The notes beneath the pieces were generated by a model. It did no database searches, had not been told where the DNA came from, and saw nothing but the letters and a program-made list of their open reading frames with translations. Of a DNA stretch of 64,000 nucleotides, positions 42,591 to 53,478 are shown piece after piece. The position numbers and the translations under genes were made by a program. Origin of the DNA: Amphiscolops sp. MND2022 (Eukaryota); the NCBI GenBank assembly GCA_964187785.1, contig OZ076414.1, positions 11,904,001-11,968,000 on the forward strand, given 5' to 3'. How positions within the stretch are numbered: the first letter of the stretch is position 1; the number at the start of each line of letters is the position of its first letter.

Positions 42591-42901
42591 TGATATACCA
42601 GATATCTATATGTTTCTTGATTTTATATCATTCCCCCAACCCCCCGTATGTCTAGACTTTATAACAAAAGCACCTCATTAATGTAACTGATTAATATTCT
42701 AGATGTAAACTTGATGTACCTACTCTATATTCTGTACCATGCATTTTGATTTAGAACACAACTTGAATTTGATCTTCACCAACCAGTTGTCTTCGCTTAA
42801 GGCCTAATATCTGCAGCTCTATTAGTGTCTCTTAAAGTACTAACATCAAATGAACATTCCATCTCTATCCCAATAATCCCTAAAAAAACACAAGTACTTT
42901 A
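42591..42901 (+). repeat. 5' LTR of D (311 bp)
   Basis: About 9-10 substitutions plus one ~5-bp indel versus the 3' LTR (counted by eye). Confidence 0.95.
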
Positions 42902-42903
42902 AC

Positions 42904-42913
42904 TGGTGCGACC
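42904..42913 (+). promoter_or_regulatory. PBS of D (TGGTGCGACC); cognate tRNA unassigned
   Basis: TGG starts 2 nt after the 5' LTR. Confidence 0.75.
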
Positions 42914-42981
42914 ATCTCGTTTCTTTCCTTTTCTACAACCAATTTTGTAATACAAATTTTCTTCTCTTTCACACAATCTTC

Positions 42982-43132
42982 TGTACTAATCACCCAAAGT
43001 GATTCGACCTCGTAGTCGGTACAAACGCAATTCTTCTTCTGTACTAATCACACATAGTGGTTCGACCTAGTAGTCGGTACATCAAACTTTCTGTTCTAAT
43101 CACCTTTTGTGATTCAGCTCCGTGCTGGTACA
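42982..43132 (+). repeat. Three tandem three-way-junction RNA elements in D leader
   Basis: TGTAC-[AATCAC/GTGATT]-[CGAC/GTCG]-GTACA units with variable loops. Confidence 0.8.
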
Positions 43133-43271
43133 CCCGTTTCTTCTCTTAAAATCATTTTTCATACTTTAACTCCCTAATATAACTTCCTTTTCATTTTTCT
43201 CTAACTCATTTTTCTAAACCACACTTCTTAACCTTAACTTCTCTTCTTTTCACAATTCTCCATATTGTTTC

Positions 43272-43417
43272 ATGCCTTCTTTGAATGACTCCGTTTGTAT
43301 TTGCTTAATTCTCCTCTACATTTTTGGTTATGCGCAATTGTTTTGCTCCTTGTTGACAAATTCACTCTTCCTTTTATTCCACATGCTTTTGATCAATACC
43401 GAACATCATCACTCTAA
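43272..43417 (+). pseudogene. Membrane uORF of D (one T missing from the run at 43321)
   Basis: Repaired: MPSLNDSVCICLILLYIFWLCAIVLLLVDKFTLPFIPHAFDQYRTSSL. Confidence 0.55.
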
Positions 43418-43894
43418 TAATTATTCATGTTCCTCACCGAAAATCTTGCCACTATTATCCTTTTCGTTTCCTATATCTTTGCCATGATTGTTTTTTTAAT
43501 GCTTCTCATTGAAAAAATCGTTGAATCTCTTTTCAACTAACTTCCCTTTCTTTTCCCTTTCCCCCTTTTTTTCTTTCCCTATCCCCTCCTTGATTTTTCC
43601 GCTTATTATATTAACACCTTTCCTACCTTTCACACCATTCTTCTTTTCCCCAATTTGTATGAACCTCCTGTTCCTTCACCCCACTCCCATCCTTGCTCTT
43701 TTTCAACTTTTTTTCCTTTCTCTTTTCTTCATAACTACATCCATATAATTTTATCCCTCTCTTTTCTCCTTCTACACTTATCTTCGCCTCAAAATCCATC
43801 GCTATTTTCACCCTCTTCCTACTGAACCATCTATTCACCCTGACGTTATTATGGATTGGATTTGGCTACATTTCAATCCTCATAAACACTCCTA

Positions 43895-46665
43895 ATGACT
43901 GATTCACATCTCCTTATCCCCCTTCCTTTCGCCTCAAACACCTCTCAACGTATTACCCGTGATACTTCACACACTCTTATCCAATTTCTCAACAATCTTA
44001 TCTATTATTCAACCACTCTTCTTTCTTTTGAAACCTACCCGGAAGATATTTACACTACGCCACTAATTCGTGAACATCATGATTCTTATTTATACTATAT
44101 TGACACCCATTCGCTTATTCCAAATTCTGACGAACCTCCATTTTCTATTCCTTTCACTTCTCCCACAACTCGCTCTGATACTTTTCGAAAAAATATCCAT
44201 CCCAATAATATTCAATTTCCAATCGCCCATGTATTTACAACTTTTCTAAACAATCTCCAAGAAAAAAATAACCTTCTACCTAAACATGTTTTTAACCCTT
44301 CCTCCATTCAAGAACTTCTTCAAAAGGAATCCCTTTTTGACATTCCTAATATTGAACAATTTCGCACAGTTGAAAATAATCCTCACCATTGGCTTACCAC
44401 CGATATACTTCAAATTCATCAATTTCAATATCAATTTTTCCAAAATATTACCCTCAAAAAAATACCAAAGAACAAATTCAAATATACTCCCTTTTTCTTA
44501 GAAAATTTTTCCGACATAATTACCAACTAGTTTGGCATTCAAAATTTCAAAATGCCTGCAAAAATTTTCCTCAACAATTTACTACCGATGAACTTCTACC
44601 TTTTCTCGATACTCTTGATAACCAACATCCCCACTATTATAATCTTCTTGATTTTCATTCTTCTCATTTTGTATTTCTTACCTATGACTCTAATAGTATT
44701 GATAAAAGCCTCAATCTTTCTCCTCCTGTTCGTCCTTATTTCCATCAATACAATATCCCTCCTTCGAATGAGACAATTTCTACAGTTTCTATTCAAACTC
44801 TCCTGTGACAAATCCTACTTCATCTTTAACTCAACATATTTCTCCTTCTGCTTCTCAAGACACATCTTTAAACCACCACAATCCTCCTTCTACTTCTCAA
44901 ATCACAACAATTAATAACAATCCCCCTCTTTCTCATTCACCAAATCAATATACTACCCCTTCTAACACTCCACCTGCTGTTATTAGTAATCCTGTTCAAC
45001 ATTCAACTTTCCAAATTCCTACATTAAACCCAATTCCACTTCCTTCAAATACTACTATTCCCACTCAATTTCTTTCTCAAAACCCTCCATCTTCTTCTAC
45101 CCAAAACCATTCTAATTTTCAAACAACTTCTTCCACTACTCAATCTACCTCATATAACCCTTATATTTCTCTTTACCCTACTTTTCAAAACTTCCCCACT
45201 ACTTCTTTTCAACCCCCTCCAAATCCCCCTAATTCGCTTCCTCCCACTTCCACATTATCTTTCAACCCTTCTTCCTCTTATCCTTCATTTCCTTTTCCAA
45301 CCACTCCTTCTGTCCCTTTGCTGCCCTCTCCGACCCTATTAAATTTTTTGATGGCTTAGATCATACTTATCCTCCAGAAAAACTCTTAGCCCACCTCAGT
45401 GCACGTGTAACATTTCAACTTGGACCGCAACCTGTAGATATTCAGTCATATTTAACTTGGCATTCTCGTCGAATGACTCTCCTTTATTGTTTCCTCACAG
45501 GAACTGCTTCCAATTGGTATGACCGTCTCCCACAAGTTTATAAAGATGATTGGTCATCCTTTCTTCAAATTTTTAAGAACTAATTTTACTCCCAAAAACA
45601 CGCATATCATGCTCAAATTGAAGCCCTTTCCCTTCTTAAAAAAGATAATGAAAGTGTCCGTCACTTCGCTCTTAAAGTCGAAACCCTTGTAAAACAAGGT
45701 TGGTACAATGAATACCCCTCAACGATTAATCTTAAATGTAATGAAATTTTTACCCGTGGTCTCCCCAAAAAATTAAAAGATTTCGCTAACAAACGTCAAG
45801 TTAAACATATTTCAAGTTCATTAGAACCATCAATCCCATTTCATTCTCTCGTTAATATGGTTGATTCCGAAGATATTACTCTTGAAAATATAAAAACTCA
45901 AGAACTTTCCCTTGAAATTAACAATTTGTCTAATACCTTCCAACAGAATACAACAATTCTAGATTCTACTCCAGAACCTCCACAAGTTCAAGTAATGGAT
46001 CCTAATAATAAACCAAAACCTCAATTCAAAAAATATTGTTCATTCTGCCATAAAAATAACCACTCTGTTTCAACTTGTTTCCGCCGTCTTAATATGCTTA
46101 AAGAATCAAAACCACAGTCTAGATCTCCGACTCCTACATTTTATCAACATTTTAAAAATCCTTCAAATAAACCTCATTATTCTCGCCACCGTAGTCGAAG
46201 TTATAGTAACCCTCCTCGCAAATCTTCTCGCGACACTCGATATCAATCTCGTTCCTATTCACGTTCACATTCACGTCCCCGTTACAATACTAAAACCTAC
46301 CCCGAACATATTCGCCCTATCACAATCGTGATAGATCTTGATATGATAAACATTACAATCACACTCCATATAAACCATATTCTTCTACACGCTCATATTA
46401 TAGTTCTAATTCCTCTCGTAGTCCATCTAAGTATTACCCTCGTTCTCGTGAACGTTCTTCAAATTTTAACACCTCTACCTTCAACAGATACAATTCTCCT
46501 TATCGTCCTCCTTCTAAACCACGTAATGATCGCTATCGTAGTAGATTTCATTCAAACTCGCACAACCATCCTCAAACCCAATATAAACCCTCTATAAATC
46601 TTACACATCCATCTACACCACCTCCTCAAACAAACTCCCAAACAGAATCTATTTTTGAAATCAAT
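43895..46665 (+). pseudogene. gag: gag of D (~920 codons; several frameshifts)
   Basis: NNPHHWLTTD domain; FDGLDHTYPPE core; CSFCHKNNHSVSTC; RS/Y-rich tail. Confidence 0.9.
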
Positions 46666-49600
46666 ATGTATCACCCTAATATTTCCTCGCCTCAATCTTC
46701 TTCCACTTCCACTGAACATGCTAATGCTATTACACCTTCCACTTGGTTCGTTAATTTATATAATTTCAAACCCAGTGAAGATACCTTTATCCCTTCTAAA
46801 TTAGAACTCTTTTTTCTCCTTGATAGTGGTGCATCCATTTGTGTTTTAAATTTACCCACTTTTACCATTTTAGCTGAACACTTCTTAAAATGTTCAACAC
46901 ATTCTCCACATCAAAATGAATACAAAACGTTAACTGTTGCCAATAAATCCGAAGTACCTATACTTCATAATCTAATACTTACACTCCATACCTCTCTTAA
47001 TGGAAATACTCGTACCCTTGTTATTCCTTTTGCAGTCGCAAACATTAAATACAACATACTTGGAACTCCCTTCTTTGAAAAATATGTTAAAACTCTTAAT
47101 ATTGAAAACATGTTCCTCACATTTAACACTCCACACGAATCTTGTATTAACACCCTCCCTTTTACAGCTCATAAAGAAAAAGATTATCCATTTTTTTCAT
47201 ATATATACACAATTAATGTTAAAAACAAAATTTATTTTAAATCCAACGCATCAGAAATTATTCATTTTCCTATTCAACCGACACTCCCTCTCACATTTAA
47301 AACTTCCGATAATGAAGTTATATTTCCTTCTACACCTCATCCATTTTTTAATACACGCTTCAATTCCACCTTTAATTTTCTTCAAGTATACCAAAATGTT
47401 AACACTGAACCTTCAAGCTGTTCTGTCATCATTCAAAATATTACACATCACTCCGCTACCCTTACTCCTGGATATATTGGATATATTGAAGTTCCTGCCA
47501 CTAATATTCAACCCCCTCACTATAAAGTAAATGATGTAAATTCTTTAATACATACCGTATTCCATTCTTATTAGCCTGATCTTTCTGAACCAAAACCTCC
47601 CCGTAGACGTTCTTCTCTCCGCAATCCTCACGTTGAAATAAACAATTTGCAGCCTTCTCAAATTTTAACACGACCTCTTCCACCATTACCATATTCACCT
47701 GATACCCAACAATTTCTTAACAAATTTAAATTTCAATATTCACATGTTTCTGATCAAGAATATTTACAATTGTGTTCCATCCTTGTCAAATATCGAACAT
47801 GCTATGCAACACATAAAAATGACGTTGGCCAAATAGCTACCCCTTTTAGAATTCGCCTTAAACCCAATGCTAAACTTCAAACCCAACGTCCTACCAAAGT
47901 TCCTATTCATTATAGAGAAAAATTAAAAAAACTCCTTGATGAATTAGAAAAACACAATATTATTCGCCAAATTGGTTCCACCCCCTCTGACAAATCCATC
48001 TATGGTACCACGTTTTTAAATCCTCTCATTATTATACCCAAAGGAAATGCTATTAAAGTTGTTTTAGACGCACGTCATCTTAACTCTAATACCGATCAAT
48101 CTTTTGAATCTTGGCCTATTGAACCTTTAGCTCCCCAACTTGCACGCGCTAACAAAAAATTTAAATCCGCTATTGATCTTATGTATGCTTATGCTCACGC
48201 TCCCTTAGATGAAGAAACTATTACTTTAACCAGCTTCTCCTCCGGTGACAAACTTTACGCTTTCATTCGTGGATTTTATGGTCTTAAAGGCCTACCCAAT
48301 TTTTTTTACCAAACAAATGTATTCATTTTGTCAAAAACTTATTGACCAAGGCTTTGCATTAGTTTATATTGATGACATTCTTCTTCTCGCCCATACCAAA
48401 CCTCATATGTTAAATTTAATAGAACAACTTCACCAAATTTGTCAAACAAATAATCTTAAAATTGCTCCTGAAAAATCCTTCTATATTCTTCTCACTGTCA
48501 AATTTCTTGGACATGAAATTGGCAATAACACCATTAAACCTATTTCTTCCAAAATTGATGCTATTCATCAATTAAAAACACCTACTTCTAAAACTGAATT
48601 AATGCGCTTCATCGGATCAATGAACTTTTACTCTAAATTTATCAATAAACTCCATATTTCTTTGAAACCTTTTTACACTCTTCTCCATGATGATGTTTCA
48701 TTTGAATGGACTCCTGATTTAGACAAACTCTTCAATCAAATTAAACTTTCTCTTTCCAAAGATGCAGAACTTGCTATTCCCAACACTACCCATCCATTCT
48801 ACATAACAGTAGACGCCTCTTTAATAGGTTTAGGCGCAGTTCTATTTCAACCAAACTCCAAAAACAAAATGCAAATAATTTCATATAATTCCCGTATTTT
48901 AACAACCCAAGAACAAAAACTCTCTACTTATAATAGGGAACATTGTGCTATTACTTTTGCTCTTTCCCAATATGATACTATTGTTATTGGCTCCAAATTT
49001 CCTATAACTGTTTTTACAGATCATAACCCTATTCTTTTCCTCTTCACACGCAAAGGCAACCTAACTCCTAGACAATGTAAAGCTCAAATGTTATTAACCA
49101 AATTTTCAAACTTGCAAATCATTCATACCGCTGGTACAAACCTTACTGTAGCTGATATGCTCAGTAGAGATTTTTCAACTATTAATGCTAAAACTTGCCA
49201 ACTCCAACACAAAACTCTTCCTCCTCAAATTGATTTCCTACAACTCAAACAAAATAATATTTTGAAACCTATTCATTATCTCGTAAAACATGAAGATGTA
49301 CTTCCTACACAAAAAAATGATTCACACCTAATCTTAGCCGATTATGGTGATGATCAATTTACACTCCGTATCCAAGATAAAGACAATATTGTTAAATATA
49401 CTCCTCTTGACTCCTTTTCTTTTCAATCTGTTTCCTCATTTTTAAATAAATACAAAAAATCTGTCAAAAACAAAGTTAAAACTCTCCTCCAAGAAAACCC
49501 TCTTTTAAACTAAACTGATTTATATGACACAGACGATCCTGTTCTTAAACGAATTCCTCAACAATATTCACAAACATCTCATGAACATCACACCCTTTTT

Positions 49601-51436
49601 ACGGAAGTACAACATCATTATTTTAACGACATTAATCTGTCACAAGATATCCTAACCAACTTTATAAACTCCCCTCCTATTATTAATAATACTCTTCACA
49701 GTAATGCTATAACACCAACTTCCCCAAAAACCATAAATACTCAATCTTTGCCATTTTTTGACCCTTCCTTCTTTGCCCACCGTAAGTCATTTGACAATTT
49801 TTTCCTTCCTTCTGACACCTTCTTAACATTACCCATCCTACTTCAAGCTCAAAAGGATGATCCTGTTCTTTCTACAGTATATACATGGTTAAAACAAAAA
49901 CAGAGACCTCACTCTTTGACTCCAATTATCAAAGCAAATTCCTTTTTATATACATATTACAAACAATTCCAACATTTATATATCGACCCAAACTCTCACC
50001 TCATCCAATATTATATCCCTAATTCCCGAATTTTTGAAGAAATTTTTATTAAAACTCAACCCTCGATTAACCAGACACGTATATGTTTACCATTTAAACT
50101 TTTCTATGCCGCATTTAGTAAAACACATTCTCATGGCCACTCCGGTGAAAAACTCTATTAAAACTTTTAACCAATTTTATTTTATTCCTCACCTACCTTT
50201 ATGGTTCTCAATCTTCATCCATGACTGTATTGACTGACAGACAAACAAGCATTTTCCAAATAAACCCCAAAACATTTCTCCTCCTCTTCCGTTTTATGAA
50301 AGCGCTACTCACTTTAATTACCGAATTTCTATGGACACTAAAGGTCCTATTTCCCCATCTTCTCAAAACAACTCCTATATTTTTGTTATTATTGACGCAT
50401 TTAGTCATTTCGTCGTTACTAACCCAGCTCCTAACATTACTTCTAAATATGCAATTCAAACTCTTCTCCATCATTGGATCACAAAGTTTGGTCCCCCTCA
50501 GTATCTTGTTACAGATCGAAGTACTGAATATATTAATCAAGACAAGACATGACTCATCTCTGTTCTCTCTTTCATATTAACCATTCACCTCGAACTCCTT
50601 ATTCACCATGGACCAACGGTTTGGTCGAAGTCCAAAACCGAAATCTTGGAACTCATCTCCGGATATTTTTACAAAATCCTCCTACTAATTGGTCATTTCA
50701 AACTCAAATGTACGCATATGCTCATAACACAACACCTCATTCTCAGCTTAAACTTTCTCCATACCAGATTGTTTTCCATACCTATCCTCGAATACCTCTC
50801 ACCTTTTCCCTTAATCTACCTCGAGATGCTCAAAAAAATTGTATTGCAACTTATTGCGAATCTCTTTCTCCTCATTCACATTATAGTACTCAAGATCTTA
50901 ACCCCTTTTTCCATTCTCTTCTTGACAAACCCATCTCCTCATGGCTTTTAGCAGCTGAAACGGCAATGTTAGAAATATATTCGACTGTTCACCGCCATAT
51001 AAACCATAAACTCAATTCCCAAAGTTCTACATTTGAAACAACTCACTTGAAACAACTACTTCTTAATACATTCGTTATCCATACAAATTTTAAACCCGTT
51101 AATTTTTCAAAAAAGCTCAAACCTCTCCGAATTGCCCCATATAAAATACTTAAACATCTTTCTGAAGTAACATATGAACTCCTTTCTCAAGATGGCTCTA
51201 CATTTCAAACTCATCGAAATCATATTCTACCATTTTACCCTAAAGAACCTAGAATTGTTCCATACATTAAACATTACCATTCTACCCCTTCTCTTATCGA
51301 CAACCCTGATACTGACCCTTACCAAGATATCTTTTCTCAATTCTCCTCCTTAGATTTACAACATAATTCTAATTCTTCTCAAACTCCTCCTTCCTCAAAA
51401 TATAAACAATTTAACAGCTCCCCCTTCCATTCCTAA
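46666..51436 (+). pseudogene. pol: pol of D: PR-RT-RNase H-INT (stops at 47572, 49511, ~50235; frameshifts ~48310, ~50155, ~50545)
   Basis: LDSGAS; IDLMYAYAH; YIDD; VDAS...E...TDH; HSHGH..C..C; D-D-E core. Confidence 0.95.
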
Positions 51437-52151
51437 CTACCAAAACCTTTCACATTATTCTTCCTTACAAGATCATTTAAACCATTTTTCTTCCTCTACT
51501 AACAAGCCTTTACAATCTTCTTCCTTTCAAGATAATCTTGATAATACAATAGACTCTCACGATTCGGATTTTGAAATGCTTCCAAATCCTATTTATTATT
51601 CAAACTCCTCAACTAATTCTTTCCCTCAGTTCTTTCCTCGTGTTGCTGATTCTCCTGATATTTCTTCATCCCCTTCACTTGAATCCCCAAGTGAATCAAC
51701 TTACCAACGAGCTCCTCATTCCCCATACAATCTATGTTCACTCCCCCTTCGACATTATAATTCTTCCAATCCAAACATTAGCTTCCCTCCTTGATTAATA
51801 TTCATTTTTTAATTGGATTTTCTGCCTCCTATTGTCCTCAGTCTAGACTTTTCTTAAGTCTGACATATGACAATCTAATTAACCACTTTTTTCTAGTTCC
51901 ATCTCTCCATTCTATTTCGAAAAACACAAGCTGCACGGTTGCTTTCATCGAGACTTGTTGTCATAAAAAACCATAAAGAATTCGAGAATTGTTGTCATAA
52001 AAAACCATAAAAAATCTAATCTTCAACTCTTTTCCTTTATTTCATTCATCATTGTATCTACTTCCAATATTAATATCTTCTCATCCCTTCCTATTTAATA
52101 ATCATCTTTAACAAATTTTCTTTTGTTTCCATCCTGGATCTCACTGTATTT

Positions 52152-53477
52152 TTGTCCGACTCCTCCTCTCGAACCTATTCTACCGTTTCAACTGATACTA
52201 TACCTTCTTTACAACCTCCTGTACCAACTCAACAACCTCCTTTAAATCCTATCCCAATCACCCCTTCTTTAGATACTACCCCTGTTAATACTCCAACCCA
52301 CACTCCTCTCCAAACTTCTGTACCTCAACAAACTCAGACTTCTTTAACTCTTCCACTCTCTGATACGGAATTTCCTTTTGACGTAACCCCTACTCATTCT
52401 CCACCTCCTTCTTCTTTTCATATTCCTGATCCAAGTGACATTAACCCTACTCTTCTTCGAAATTTTATTAAACCCACTCTTCCTCGTTTAAAACTTATTC
52501 CTATTTCTATAAAATCTTTTCGCCGTCACTCCCAATTAGATAATTCTCTTTCTATTCCTCCACCTTGTTCTCATACCTCTACTCAGTCTTCATTACCTCC
52601 TCCTAAATCTCTTAAAATTCCCGCACTTGAATCTCTTGACTCCTCACTCCAGAAAAAATCAGATTTAAGTGAAATCGATTCAGCTACTTCCTCTCTTCTT
52701 TACCCACGTCTTCCGCTTTCAAATTCTGCTTCTAAATATACAACTTCTTCCTTAGATAATCTTCTTGATACTTCCTCTGAATCTACTATTCGCCATCCAC
52801 TTCGCCACAGATATAATCTTTGTAATAATCGTCGTCCTTCTCCTTCCCTTGCAAGTACTAACTCTTCTCTTTTACGCCACCACGCTCAATCTCTTTCTTC
52901 AGACTCCCTTTCAAACGCAGAAAACGCTCCTACCTCCGGAATTGACACTGTCTTTTCCCAACGTTCCTCTATTTCTTCTTATAATCATACTGGTCACCTT
53001 TTCTCTCGCCCAACTTCTCAAAATTCCAGTATTCTTTCTTCTGACAATCACTTACTTAACATTGATCTTACCACTGATCAATATTCTACTCCTCCTACAC
53101 CTAATCGTGTCGATTATCCTCTAATTGTAAATCACACCCTTGTTAAAAGCCCCCGCCAAGATCCTCGCTTTCTTTATCTTGCCACTCACAAACTTAATAC
53201 AAATCCTCATATTTCCGACACACGTAGTCGTAAAGAATTTCTCCGCCTGGAAAAAACAAGTTTAGAACTTAAATTTGAAATTAACGTCAAATTCCATAAC
53301 TTAAGTCCTCATCCCATTCCTTGACATACAACAGTAAACTTTAAATCTCTTCCCCATCCTTTTATTGCCACCAATTTTAGTCTTTTTGTTAGTGATCATC
53401 CACCATTTCGTCTTTTACACGGTTCAATTACTTTTCTTAATACCGTCACCTTTTTGAAATACACTGCCCAATTTTAA
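52152..53477 (+). pseudogene. Accessory ORF X of D (internal TGA at 53322; no obvious ATG)
   Basis: 390-aa open P/S/T-rich ORF, continuing in frame to LKYTAQF*. Confidence 0.75.
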
Positions 53478-53478
53478 A

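Noticed and set aside
42982-43132. Hairpin arrays (also 23345-23635 and 38313-38645) as CRISPR arrays or hammerhead ribozymes
   Set aside because: No unique spacers, no cas genes, eukaryotic retroelement context, and no CUGAUGA/GAAA core.
43509-43901. Hydrophobic multi-TM ORF before D gag
   Set aside because: F/L/S/P richness is expected from the pyrimidine-rich sequence; no clear homologue in B or C.
46295-46305. Frameshift in D gag as a programmed -1 site
   Set aside because: No slippery heptamer, and copy C is in frame through this region.
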